DNA from: Octopus sinensis
Lineage: Eukaryota
Length of the DNA: 64,000 nucleotides
Reading direction: 5' to 3'
NCBI RefSeq assembly: GCF_006345805.1
Contig: NC_043000.1
Span: forward strand, 86,180,001 to 86,244,000
Numbering within the stretch: the first letter of the stretch is position 1; each line of letters opens with the position of its first letter. Made by a program: the position numbers and the translations under genes. Of this stretch, positions 39,121 to 51,817 are shown one piece after another. Below the pieces are notes generated by a model, which was given only the letters and a program-made list of their open reading frames with translations, had not been told where the DNA came from and searched no databases.

Positions 39121-39775
39121 ATATTATAAAGTAAGAGCAGGAAAAATTACATCAAAAAATCACAGAAGATATACGACCATAATATAAACAATATTGTATT
39201 AATAGACAAATACATAAAGTATGATTATTTTAAAAGGTTTGAGATATCTTACAGTTGTTTCATGAATGTACTACCCTTCGAAATGAAATCCAAAACTGAT
39301 AATCATTATTAGGTAATACATCCACTCGTCAAAGAAAAGGATGAATTTCTGTGTAGTCAATCGAATGAGAAAGATGTCATTTAAAAATGTATGATAAAGA
39401 TGTTGTTTAAAAAAGTTATTGGTATAGATGTGCATTGGTACAAACTTGGGTTTAAAATTTTGAAAAGATAATATAAATCCATGGAAAAATCCTTTGTAGT
39501 AATCCATTATGGATTACTACATCTCTCTCATTTGATTGACTACACGAAAATTCGTCCTTTTTTTTTGATGAGTGGATGTATTACCTAATAATGATTATTA
39601 GTTTTGGATTTCATTTCGAAGGGTAATACAGTCATGAAACAATTGTAAGATATCTCAAACCTTTTAAACAATCATACTTTATATATTTATCTATTACTAC
39701 AATATTATTTATATTAAGGATGTATATTTTCTGTGATGTTTTGATGTAATTTTTCCTGCTCTTACTTTATAATAT
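39121..39775. repeat. Long inverted repeat (arms about 39121-39378 and 39519-39775), Penelope-like termini
   Basis: atattataaagtaagagcaggaaaaattacatcaaaa pairs with ttttgatgtaatttttcctgctcttactttataatat, and the arms are collinear with scattered mismatches. Confidence 0.85.
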
Positions 39776-39821
39776 GTATATATATATACACACACACACC
39801 ACACACAGTTATATATAAGTG

Positions 39822-39935
<114 letters not shown>

Positions 39936-40013
39936 TATATATATATGTATGCATATATATATGTATATATATGTGCATACATGTGTATATATATATATAT
40001 ATATACACACACA

Positions 40014-41075
40014 CAGGGTGCAGTGAATAAATTATGCAAAAATGAAAAGAACACTGACATCTCATTTTAACAGATATACAGGGTTCATGAGGTATTTGAG
40101 GACATATCATTTTGTGTCATTGCTGCATTTTTTGTTGACTCTTTATAATCTTTGTTTCAGAAAATAATAATGGCACACCCTCAGCTTATTCAGGAAATGA
40201 AGAGGCATGCTGTTATTGTGGTTATAAAGGCTGAGCATAGCGATTTAGAAATATCTTGATTTTTAAAAGTTGCCAGATCTTTTGTCTACAAAGTTTGTAA
40301 GGAACTAGAGACTGAAGATGGAAACGTATCACCAGTATCAAAGCATAAAAAGCATTCTAAACACTCTGAAAACATCAGAACACATGAGTTTATCCAACAA
40401 GTTTGACAGACCATTGATTACAATCCCAGAAAGTCCATGAGATCAATTGCAAAAGATCTCCATGTGTCAGAAGGAATAGTCAGAAATGTTGTTCACAAAG
40501 ACATCAGATATAAGTCTTATATGATAAGGAAAGGTCAATTTGTCTGAAAAAACAAATGGAAATCACTACATCAGATCTAAAAGGCTCTTAAAATAACTGA
40601 AAAATCCAGCAGAAGAAGATTTGATTTGGTTTTTCTCAAACGAGAAAAACTTCAGCAAAAATCAAAATGTTAAGAAAAGAAATGACAGATGGTTATGTGC
40701 AGACCGTTCTGAAGTTCCAAGTGTTATGCATACAAAATTTCCTGCAACTATCATCGTTTTAGGGATTTTCAGAAATGAAGGACATGTGATGCTTCCTTAC
40801 TTCTTTCCACAAGGTCATAGAGTTAACTCTCTTATCTACATCGATGTCCTGGAAATAATTCTTAAGCCCTGGATAGACAGTGTATGCAATGGAAGGCCAT
40901 ATGTGTTTCAGAAAGTCTCTGCAGTATCACACATGGCTCTAGTAACTCAGGAATGGATGGCTGAAAATTTTCATGATCACATAACCCCTAACATTTGGCA
41001 TCCTAATTCCCCAGATCTGAATCCATTGGACTATTACATGCGGAGTGTTGTTGAGAGAGAGATCAGTGAACATAT
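40014..41075 (+). mobile_element. maT-type (DD37D) Tc1/mariner transposase relic
   Basis: Starts CAGGGTG after a TA/CA run, with ATG at 40170. Reads WFFSNEKNF (D1 to N), YVFQKVSA (D2 to V) and WHPNSPDLNPLDY, with 37 residues between the D2 position and D3. Contains stops and frameshifts. Confidence 0.8.
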
Positions 41076-42362
41076 TTAATACAGAAAACAGGTTATATTT
41101 ATATAATTATACTTGTTGAAACGTTATATAATCTTATGAATTACCTCCTCAGTGTTTATAAAAAAATACGATGAATGGTGTTAAGTGCTAGGCAGCACAG
41201 TTAACTCTGTGAAACAATGTATTCTATGCAGCTGTGTGCAGCTGTGTATATAGATATATGCAGCTGCTTCACTAGTTTTGTAGATTTATAACTTGGATGA
41301 TTCTAAGGTTGGCTGTAGATTGAACTGGTTAGGACACACTATACTTTACTGAGGAAGTAGGCTTCCTTGTGGATTATGTACTAAGGAAGGATTGGAGATT
41401 ATATTAGCTGGTAGTAAACACCTTAATAAATGTAGCAAAATACACAGAAATAGTAGAACCTTTTGAAATTACTAGGTCAGGGAATATCTGAAGGGAGGTA
41501 AACTAGTATGCTACTGGCCATATGGTTAACACAAAGGCCTAGACATGGGATTCTCATGATTCTCATACATGTAATACGATTTTGTAATACCCTATAGCTG
41601 AGAACCCCTCTCTGTATATTCATACATGAGTCTGTTTCTCACTCCATTCATCTGTGTATATATACCTTGACTCTGCTTCTATTAACAACATTTTATGGAG
41701 TATCAGATTATAGCAGTACAAGGAACAATAGGATATATGATATGGAATTATGAGCTGCGCCCATTGGCCTGAACACCACCGGATCAAATATGTACAGTGC
41801 CTGGAATGATTAATCAGATTGCATGTAATAATACAATATTCTGCGGAATGCTTTTTTGTTGGTAAATACCTGCAAACTTATGCACTGACATGTGACAACT
41901 GGTAAGCACATACACAGATGGAAGAGCAATGTAACTTTAGAGTGTGACTGCGGTTTAATATGATAATGTAGAGTTATTTGGTCGGGTGTGTATGTATCAA
42001 TATGCATGCTGAGAGGCTTTGGTGAACATATATGTATGTACATGTATATATCTCTATATGTGTATGTGTATAGGTGTGGGTATATGCATAAATATGTTTG
42101 TGAATACTTATGCTTGGCATAATGTGCATGAGTATGTGGGTATGATATATGGGATGTTAATGTGTGCAAGTAGTAGAGTGCAGGTAGGAGATGTACTTGC
42201 TCACCACTGACTATGGAAATTCCTATCAACAGACCCTTTGTTTGTTTGCTAGAGAGCAAATTGAAGCTGATACCATAAAGTTGACAATTATCTGACCAAA
42301 AGCCTCTCTCACTTTGATTTATGACAGAATTTATGACTGTAGCTGCTATTCTTGCCATTGGC

Positions 42363-42366
42363 ATTA

Positions 42367-42428
<62 letters not shown>
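42363..42428. repeat. (ATT)n microsatellite; also (AAT)n(GAT)n(GGT)n at 46986-47102 and (CAT)n at about 55595-55633
   Basis: Directly visible. Confidence 0.95.
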
Positions 42429-42552
42429 CCAGATTGATAAGACTACACAATATTTTAACAAGCAACTATGCAGTCCTGGCAGTTAATTTGGCAAAATCTG
42501 TGTATCTTTTATAAAACATAAAATATATTTATTTTCTTGTATTATATATATA

Positions 42553-43058
42553 TCTATATATATAAAACTCTAGTTGTGTGAGTGTCTGTCCCCTTCGATT
42601 TAGATTCCTAACTCCTCCCACATTTTGCGGTGCAGTTTAACCAAATTCGGGTATCTTATAGTCGTGATTCATATCAAGCCCGTCTGACTATTAGCGCGCG
42701 TCAACAATGAGTCTACGATTTTAAAAATAATTTAACATAATTTTTTATTCCATTTTAATGCATAAAATGCATCGTATGTCGATGGCGGCGGAGTTGGCGT
42801 CCACGCTCACAGCTGCACCTGTTTGCTTCTCCCCCTTCCCTCCCTCGTGAAGCTGTGGGGAAGGGAGTGTAAAGAAATCAACGTCGTAATGCATTGTGAA
42901 GGAAACCAGCGTTCTTTTAGAACAACGACTTCATGGCTTGAAGACACCAAAACAAAAATGGCTAAGAAAGCCCGAATTTATAAGGGAAGTAACTCTCTAA
43001 AAATGCTTATATAGTTATTTCCCTTACAAACCCGAGCAATGCCGGGCGATACTGCTAG
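42553..43058 (+). mobile_element. Non-autonomous Helitron (506 bp)
   Basis: A|TCTATATATATAAA ... CCCGAGCAATGCCGGG hairpin - CGATACTG - CTAG|T: the canonical TC...CTRR ends, A/T target and subterminal hairpin. Confidence 0.85.
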
Positions 43059-43168
43059 TATATATATATAACTAGTTTGTTGTCTATAAATCAGAAAAAA
43101 GTGCACTCGAAAAGTGAAATAGAGTGGTTATATTTATATATTATTACTTGCTATGGTATATAACTGTT

Positions 43169-43236
43169 CAGAATGCTACCAGCAGTTTCTGTTAACTATT
43201 ACACTTGGCAATATTGACAACTCTTCAGACATGCTG
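43169..43236 (-). ncRNA. Type-I hammerhead ribozyme motif
   Basis: CAGCAUGU CUGAAGA GUUG...UAAC A GAAA CUGCUGG UA|GCAUUCUG. Helix I pairs at 7 of 8 positions, and helix II is GUUG/UAAC with one extra A before GAAA. Confidence 0.55.
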
Positions 43237-43599
43237 GATGGAAGTCTATAGTTTCTTTAATGATGGAGGTATACATGGTCTTTGTTGGCTCAGGGCTGGT
43301 AAAAAAAGCAAACAAAATGTAGTGAAAATTTATATCAATTTCTGGGAGGGAAAGAAGAATTATCTCTCATGAAATGCTGTCAACCATGGCTGAAGATTGC
43401 CAGCTGTGTGCATGTGTACATATCTGTCATTCCTTGGTCTGAAAATGAGGATGACCATGTTCTTAAAACAAAGTTTTGTTCATCAGGGCAGCATCTAAAT
43501 GTTTTGCTTTTAAGTTCAAAAAAGCACTAGACTGGGAGAATTCTTTTAGAATAATTTCTGCCAAGCAAAGCTTGTAGCACTTATTTCTATTCAGATGTA

Positions 43600-44230
43600 G
43601 TCAAGGCCAATCCAGCAGTTTCCAGCTGATTTGTACAGCAGTCTTTCCTCATTTAATCACCATATATAGCTAGCTAAAATTGTAACATTACACCTCTCTT
43701 GGATTCAAAAAGAGTATCTGTGATTATTTAGCATAGCCTTATAGGGGCCCCTTTATTACCCCAACATATTTCTGTGTGTTTCCATTGTTTATGGGCAACA
43801 CTTCTGCTTCAGAGACCACAGCCTCTGTGTTGCTTTGACTGTTTGCCAAGAACTGACTGTAAACCTTACATAAGCATCCTACCTGTGCCTGGGACCTTTA
43901 ATCACACTTTGGCCTATACAGAGATGATGGTTTAGCCATCTCTAGAGATGTACATGTACATACATTAGACAGGCATAGGGAAGATCTGATTCATACTCTT
44001 AAATCCCCAAGGCTTAAGATTATTATAGGGACCAACCTTACCATAGTAAATTTTTTGACATAATGTTTGATTTGAGCACTAGTTCATTTATATATGCTCT
44101 CCTGCAAACCTTATGAATGGCTATTGTATATCAATACAGCCTCTTACCACCAATCTATAGAGTTTCAAAGCTTTGTAAATGTGTCGGTAGGAGGATTTAG
44201 AACTTATCCTTGAATAGATTGATTTTCTGT
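43600..44230 (+). mobile_element. Penelope-like RT remnant
   Basis: Reads LYRDDGLAISRD...TNLTIVNFLDIMFDL (frameshifted) near 43910-44080, the YRDDG and VNFLD motifs of PLE reverse transcriptases. Confidence 0.7.
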
Positions 44231-44779
44231 TTGCCAAGAAACAAATCAGGCAGCGTGCAATCAAACTCTTTCTCCTGTCTGGAAAATTCCCCTCACTGTA
44301 AATTAATATTTAATGTATTAGGTTGAAGTTGATGAAGATTAAAAAGTAAAAGACAACTATGAGAGAGGGTGGTCAGGAGGTGGGGGTGAGGGGAATATGA
44401 AATATGAAAGATTTCTATGATAGCTTTGAAACGGGGACTAGGTAATATCTACTTAAATAGGGTGGTAGAAGGAGAGAGAAGAAAGAGGAGGAGGAGGAGG
44501 TGGAGGAGAGAGAGAGAGCATAAGAAAGAGAGAAAGAAAACAAACTAAAACAGTAAATAGTAGAACTTTCTTCAGTGACAACCTGCTTACAGCCTATTTA
44601 TGTGTGTGTGGGGGGGAGCAGGCACTGGCATGGTGGAAGAGTAGTACAATAACTAGAACTCTATAAGAGGGCACATAAATGGTATCAAGAAGTTAAGTGG
44701 GAAGCAAGATGTATCTAGTTAAGAAAGAGGTGGGAAATAGAAAGTTAGGTAATGTTGTGTGCTACAACGGTGCGAGGTG

Positions 44780-46410
44780 TGAAGTACAGTATGTCACTGG
44801 GAAGTGAAGTGTGTCAGGAATGGTAGTGGCACACTTGTTTTCAGTAACAGTTACAAGAAAGATTCAAGGAAGTGTCAGAGTGAGAAGTGAGATAATAAGA
44901 GATTATACCAAGATCAAATGGAATGAACAGATGAGCTAGCTATTGTGATTTACTTCAGTATGTTTCAGTAAGGCTGTTAAAGAAATGACAGCAGAAAGAA
45001 ACAGCTTCATCAAGGACAGGTGGTGAGATAGTGAAACTATGATGCCATGTAAGTTAATATTTGTTGACTGCTTAATTAATCTAGCAATCTATAAAGATGT
45101 TACCCTTATGTAGTATAGAAATATTGTCATTGATTAGTATGAGGGGGAACTGAGTTTAGTAGAGGTACTAGGCTGATGAACCTGAAAGTAACTGAAAGTT
45201 TGCAAAGTTAATTAAGACAAATTAGTAGGGGTAAGTTTGGGTTTCTACCATGAATGTGTCGCTGCAGATTTTATATATATTGAGGCAACTGTAAGAGTAG
45301 TTTTTTAAAAAAATTATTTTGATTTCATTGATTATGAAATAACTGTGTCCCCTGCCCACCATTCCACAAAATAGTTGGTATTCAGAAAACTTGATATAAA
45401 TGACTCATGTGAGCTGTTCTAGCCCTTCATGGCGGGTGTTATAAACAAGATTAAGTCTGATAGTAAACTCAGTAAGGATTTAATGTATAAAGTAAAGTGT
45501 TCAGTAAGGCTCTTTCAACAGAGTTTTTCTATTTATTATAATTCTTTAAGAGTTAAGGATTGATTATCCTAACTTTTATGTGCTGTTAACATGTATCAGA
45601 ATCAGTTGGACACAGAAAAATTTCAAAACCACTGAAGCATGGTCAAGAGTCAGAATACCAAAAATAAGATAGAGTACAGAGTTCCTATATCATCTGGAAG
45701 ATGGTTCTGTGATGTAGGAAGGGAAAAGTTGAGAAATTAACTGTATTTTCAAGGTAATCAATGGGTACAGAACACATGTAACAAGCTCACTGACAGACTT
45801 CAAATGTGCTAACTGTCAAATGTAGTTATCAGGAGGGCCACCCATGTAATGAAGTCAGTGAACAGCTCAGCAACTTTACTGGATGTAACAGATCATTTCT
45901 GTTACCTAGGAAACTTGGTTGCTAGGAAAGATAGAAGCAACAAATGGTTTCTGATTCTGTATCAAACAGACTCTGTACAGCAGATATAAGAAGTATACTG
46001 CTGTATGATAATAAAGCATGGGAACTGAATGTGGAATATTTGTAGAGGTTGAAGAGAAATGAGGGTGAGCATGATGTGGTAGGTATGTAATGTAAATCTA
46101 CATGAAAGGTTGGTTGAGGGTCAATGGAATTTAAAAGAATCAGCTGGTGTGTGCCAAAGCAGGGACTGTGCTATCACAGATATGGGTTAAAAATAGATGA
46201 AGAATGCTTGATAAAAAAACTGCCATCTGCTGACAGTAGAATGTTTTCATGTGACTGAGAAGAAATGGGAACAAATGGTGAAGTCAGATTTCAGGGTACT
46301 GGGCCTTAAAGGTAACATGACAAAAGATTGAAATGACTAATGAATATGCTGTATGACAGAATAATCTAACTCGTGCTAGCATGGAAAAATTTAGGTTAAA
46401 ATGATGATGA
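44780..46410 (+). mobile_element. Very old RTE copy (RT region to (GAT)n tail)
   Basis: Reads DHFCYLGNLV at about 45890-45925. The tail gctagcatggaaaa...atgatgatgatg is at about 46375-46425. Confidence 0.5.
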
Positions 46411-46825
46411 TGACAATGATGATGTGTGTGCGTATGTGTGGGTGTATGCTAGTGCATAGATGTGTGTATGTGTTACATATTTTTACTGGTGTATGTAAGT
46501 TGAATAACCACATAAACATCTAACAAAACAGTTGGTCACATGTTTCTTATGTTTTCCCAGAATGAAGTAAATCAATGCCTACATTAAAGGATATTGTTGT
46601 TTTTGTATTAGCTGCAGAGAGCAACTTGAGATAATCATTGATCCTATTTAACATACACCACCCAGCAAAGTAATAAACAAAAGTTCAAATGCCAGCTTTC
46701 ACAATAACTTCTGTTTTTACATTATGACCCAAACTGACCCACCCACCACCAGTACCTCTATCATACATTACCTCATAGCTATATGTCAGTCCATATCCGG
46801 GTGGTCTTTCTAGCAGTTTCATTGA

Positions 46826-46890
<65 letters not shown>

Positions 46891-46986
46891 GTATGTATGT
46901 TGCTAATTTGGAAGAATGCCACTATTTCATTGGATATAAGATCACACAAGAAGACATATCCTTTAGTAGAAGGATAAGGATACTGA

Positions 46987-47045
<59 letters not shown>

Positions 47046-47352
47046 TGATGATGGTGGTGGTGGTGGTGGTGGTGATGATGATGAGATGATGATGATGATG
47101 ATTCTTTCTACTGTAGGCACAAAACCTGGAATTTTGGGAAAGAAGGCTAGCAGATTACATTGATTTCAGTGTTCAACTGGTAGTTACTTTAATGACCTTG
47201 AAAGGATGAAAGGCAAAAATCAACCTTGGCAGAATTTGAACTCAGACTGTAAAGCTGGAAGATATGCAACAAAGCATTTAAAATACTACAAGTATTTAGA
47301 ACAACTCAATAACTTTACATACATCCATACATATGTACGTACATAAATAGAC

Positions 47353-47385
<33 letters not shown>

Positions 47386-47546
47386 TGTTTCTTTATTAGC
47401 CACACAGGGCTGCACACAGATAGAACAAATTACAAGGTAGAGCTTTTCTTTTGAAGGTATTAAAAAAAAAAAAAAAAAGAAAGGAAGGGGGAGGTTCGAT
47501 CAAAAGGGGTCGTAAAAGGAGAGAAATAGGACAAAAATAAGGGGGG

Positions 47547-47579
<33 letters not shown>

Positions 47580-48232
47580 AGAGGAAAAAAAAATGATCAA
47601 TAGGGATCGTTATCACAGAAATGTCAATATGAAGTGTAAAGGGGAGGACAGGTGAGGTTTACCCGTGGAAAGAAAAGCCTGCGGAAAAGACCACGGTAAC
47701 CTCGGTCAATGAAGTCACATTTTATATTTCTTTTTTTTTTTTTTTTTGCAAATAAGCAACTCTCTGTTTTCGATTTCTGGGTTCATAGGACTATGCTCAA
47801 GGTGGCTTCGTCATTCATACGTGCCATTCTTGCTACATTCACCCATCTTTTTTTAAAACATTCGCTAGACAAAACTTGCCTCTCTACTCTCACTTTCCTT
47901 TTCAAGTGGTACTTGAAGAAGTTGATGAGAGATTGACCAGAGAGGAAAGTGTTTGTCTCCAATCCTTTCAGACGCGTCCACCAGATACATTCTTTCGCCA
48001 TAGCCACAAGGATGATGAAAATAGCTCTTCCTTCCCGTTTGAAGGAAGGAGGCGTGACAATATTGACGATAGACTCAGCTGATAAACCGACTCGTCCCAC
48101 ACGTGACAGCAGTTGTTCGACATAAGCCCACAGGTCGGAAATTGTTGGACACTGAACGAGTGCGTGCAGAACGGTTTCGTCGCTCTGACCGCATCTCGGG
48201 CAGGTCGGCCCCGTGTTTCTCGAGCCGTGTCT
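47386..48232 (-). mobile_element. 5'-truncated Tx1/L1-type LINE: C-terminal CCHC (zf-RVT) of ORF2 plus 3'UTR, embedded in (GATA)n
   Basis: Reads CPRCGQSDETVLHALVQCP...IWWTR...RVER...FKKRW to a stop at 47783. The 3' end is ggctAATAAAgaaacat followed by (ATCT)n, and GATA arrays lie on both sides. Confidence 0.85.
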
Positions 48233-48257
48233 GATAGATAGATAGATAGATAGATAG

Positions 48258-48610
48258 GTGCAGGCATGGCTATGTGGTAAGCTTGCTTCCCAACCACATG
48301 GTTCTGGATTCAGTTCCAATGCATGGTATCTTGGGCAAGTGTCTTTTACTATAGCGTTGAGTTGACCAAGGCCCTGTGAGTAGACTTGGTAAACATAAAG
48401 TGAAAGAAGAGTGTAGTATGTGTACGCAAATGTGTGTGTGTCTTTGTCTGCTTTTCCCCTACCAACTGGTGTTGGTGTGTTCACATCCCCATAACTTAGT
48501 GGTTTGGCAAAAGAGAGTAATAGAATAAGTAACAGATTTAAAAGAAAAAATAAGTTCTGGGGCAATTCATTCAACTAAAAGGCCACACTTTTATGACTGA
48601 AACAAGTGAA
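48258..48610 (+). mobile_element. SINE family A copy
   Basis: Collinear with 11445-11845. Confidence 0.85.
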
Positions 48611-48618
48611 AAATGAAG

Positions 48619-48657
<39 letters not shown>

Positions 48658-48664
48658 TATGTTT

Positions 48665-50125
48665 TTACTCTTTTACTTGTTTCAGTCATGTGACTGTGGC
48701 CATGCTGGAGCACTGCCGTTAGTTGAGCAAATTGACCCCAGGACTTATTCTTTGTAAGCCTAGTACTTATTCTATCAGTCTCTTTTGCCGAACTGCTAAG
48801 TTACGGGGATGTAAACACACCAGCATCAGTTGTCAAGTGATGTTGGGGGGACAAACACAGACACACAAACATATACACACATATACATATATATATATAC
48901 ATATATACGATGGGCTTCTTTCAGTTTCTGTCTACCAAATCCACTCACAAGGCTTTGGTCAGCCCAAGGCACCACTCAGTGGGACTGAACCCAGAGCCAT
49001 GTGGTTGGTAAGCAAGCTACTTTATTTCATTAAGATTTGCCATAAAGGCTTGCGGGCTGGACATATACATTGATGAGGTGAATGATGAAACAAGGATGAG
49101 AGAAGGCAAAAACCGCCCGCCGATTTTCTGCTTCTCTAAAACATTGTTCTTTTTTTCCAACACAGTTTTACAAATATTGGACTTAATAGCCCATTACAAA
49201 CAATAAGATACAATAATATACAATAAAATATACAATCAACACACAATCTATAAGATCAATCCTCCTCATTGGGGCCCCCAAGCAAATGACACACCGCCTG
49301 TAGGAAAGCCTGCATCAGCAGGTCGGGGCCCGGAAAGAGGAAAACAAAATCTTCCTTATTTCAGGTCACCATGATCTCGAACAGCTGCTTCTAACTCATG
49401 ACCTCTGCAGCCACCTGCAGAGGCCAACCTGGAAGTCTATACAGACCGAGTCAAATCGTTCACGGCCTGGAAGACCATCCAAGCACTTCTCGACAGGCCC
49501 TCCCCTGAGATAGAAAACGATGGGTTTCACATCCTCCTCATGGGGAGGGGCCTCAGCCTGCTCTGTCAGTGGCATAATTCCCACTGACAGAGCCTCTCAC
49601 TCCGATGGCACACCTCCCACCGGAGGAGCATCAGGTTCGGTTGGCGGCACAGCGACATCCGCCGACTGTCTCCAGTTTCTCTTCCTTCTCTTTTTCCTTC
49701 TTACGGTTGTGGGAGTCGGGGCCTCCACCAGCACACCCAGAGGGCTCCTCCTCCTCTCCCACAACCTGTGCGTCTGTTGGTAAGCAACCATTGTTGATCA
49801 CCTTTCTTTTCCTTCTTGTTGAGGCCGATGCCTCAATGACTTCCTCCGTTTCTCCCTGCAATGGGAGAGCAGAGGGCACCTTCACCTTTCCCTACTCCGG
49901 GACCTTACCATGGCCTCGGGGGCGGTCCTTCTTAATGTGGCCTGACTCCAGGTGCAAGTGACACTTGGGGGGGGGGGCAACCCTCAAGTATCACTGGATA
50001 CCTTGAGCCAGTCATTTTCAAAAAGTCAGGGAAAGTCATTCCACCCGCGGTCACTGGGGTCAAAGTCGCCTTTGCACCCTCCCGCAGGTAAGTGGTAAGC
50101 AAGCTACTTACCACACAGCCACTCC
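48665..50125 (-). mobile_element. SINE family A copy split by the ORF1-only insertion
   Basis: Head at 50093-50125 and body at 48665-49022. Confidence 0.85.
49023..50092 (-). mobile_element. 5'-truncated ORF1-only Tx1/L1-type retroposon (HAL1-like) inserted in a SINE
   Basis: 17-bp direct repeat TGGTAAGCAAGCTACTT at 49006-49022 and 50093-50109. It has a decayed zinc knuckle (KCHLHLESGHIKKDRP) and a basic/acidic tail (RRKRK, KKEKEKEEK), then a T-rich UTR and an A-rich end. No EN or RT motifs were seen. Confidence 0.75.
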
Positions 50126-50143
50126 TATGCCTATATATATATA

Positions 50144-50204
<61 letters not shown>

Positions 50205-50261
50205 TAAGTATATATATATATATATATAAATACATACACACACACACATTATATATATATA

Positions 50262-50302
<41 letters not shown>

Positions 50303-50908
50303 CACTTCTAATATAAGGATAAAATTTTTCAAAAATAGTAAAAAATATCATATGGGGTTAGACAATCTAAAGTCTGTCTTTCAGCATATTGGCATAGAAA
50401 TTTTTTTCTTTTGCCCTTATAATTGTTTATTTTTTCACCTTGAAAGGTATTTTGATATGCTGGTCACTGATAAAATTTCTTTTGGAAAAATTTTATCCTT
50501 ATATTAGAAGTAAATTTATTACCATTCACTTCAGGACTGGTAACCACTTTATGTGAGTTTTTCCTGATCATCTTCACGTGTGCTGAGGCTTGCTACAGAA
50601 TTTCTGTTTGAATATATTTGGGGTACTTAAATGTACTCATGACTTTGCATTTGCTTTTTCCATGGGTATATGTAAGTGTTCCATTTATTCTAATCGTGTT
50701 TCTCGCTGAAGAAGGAAGAATCCTTGTGTTTGTGGATATTAATCAGTCTGATCCGGGAATAGTGAAAATTAAATTTTCCTCACTCCAGCACACTGTGTAT
50801 TTATAGTGAAAAATATTATATGTGGTTAGATGATCTAAAGTCTATTTTTCAGCATATCGGCTTAGAAATTTTTTTCTTTTGCCCTTATTTATAATTGTAT
50901 ATATATAT

Positions 50909-51809
50909 TGTTACGAGGGGGGGGGGACCTCTGAAGAACGAAAGCTGTTACGGAATCCCTCACACAGGCCCGTTCGATCAGCGAATGTTCGCCACGGAAA
51001 CTCGGAGAGGAGAGAGAGACAACAGCAACTACAACAACAGCCGCAAGAAGGGACACAGAGGCAATTGAGAGAGACACAAAGAAGGCAATTGGCTACGTTT
51101 AACAACTAGTTTATATGACTATTACAACATCAAATACATTTAAAGATACATCAGGTAAATACAAGCAAGTAACAACACATCAAATGAAATAACAACAGCA
51201 TTTAAAGAGTACACGTCGAATTAAACAACAAGTCAATACATTATACAGTCCGGAGACAACAGTTCTGTTTCAAATCACATTAACGTTACAGTTCAAAGGA
51301 CATTAAAGGCACATACAGTTCAATGTTCCTTACACAGTTCTCTTTTGCCTTAACAGTTCTGTAACACATATCAACACGGTTCACATTGTTCTTTTTTACT
51401 GTCTCATTTCTTCTTTCTCTTTTTTTTTGTAACACGTATCAATACAATTCTTTTTACATAAATACCACAACTCTTTCCTTCTTTCTCTTCACATATCAAT
51501 ACAACAATAACACATACCGTTCAGTTCCTGCTATAATAGCCAATGTCTCATATTGTACCTCATCTCTTTTAGCACTGCTAAATCCAGCTGCTAAACTGCT
51601 TGCCTTGAATACCAAATCCTCACTGTTTGCCTTGTCACCACCCCAATCTCTCTGCTGGAACTCTAATTCACCTGACAGGGCCAAAGGTCCCCTAAAAGCC
51701 ATCACTCTTCCGTGAACAAAGGACTATAACTTTGTATTCTAGACTTTGAGTCTCCAAGCCAGCAAAGTAGGTCGCAGCCAACTGTCCTTAGATTGAACCA
51801 TTCATAGCA
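50909..51809. mobile_element. Solo LTR (901 bp), Gypsy-like
   Basis: Starts TGTTACG and ends CATAGCA (TG...CA). Flanked by ATAT on both sides (50905-50908, 51810-51813), although the flanks are TA-rich. Non-coding, with composition distinct from the flanks. Confidence 0.65.
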
Positions 51810-51817
51810 ATATATAT

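Noticed and set aside
41810-42364. 184-aa minus ORF with a protein-like N-terminal third
   Set aside because: It starts in an (AAT)n array, runs into CA/TA-rich low-complexity sequence and has no recognisable domain.
45172-45195. CTGATGA-ACCT-GAAA hammerhead-like core
   Set aside because: Helix II is too short, there is no helix I, the H17 position is G, and it lies in a decayed RTE. Probably chance.
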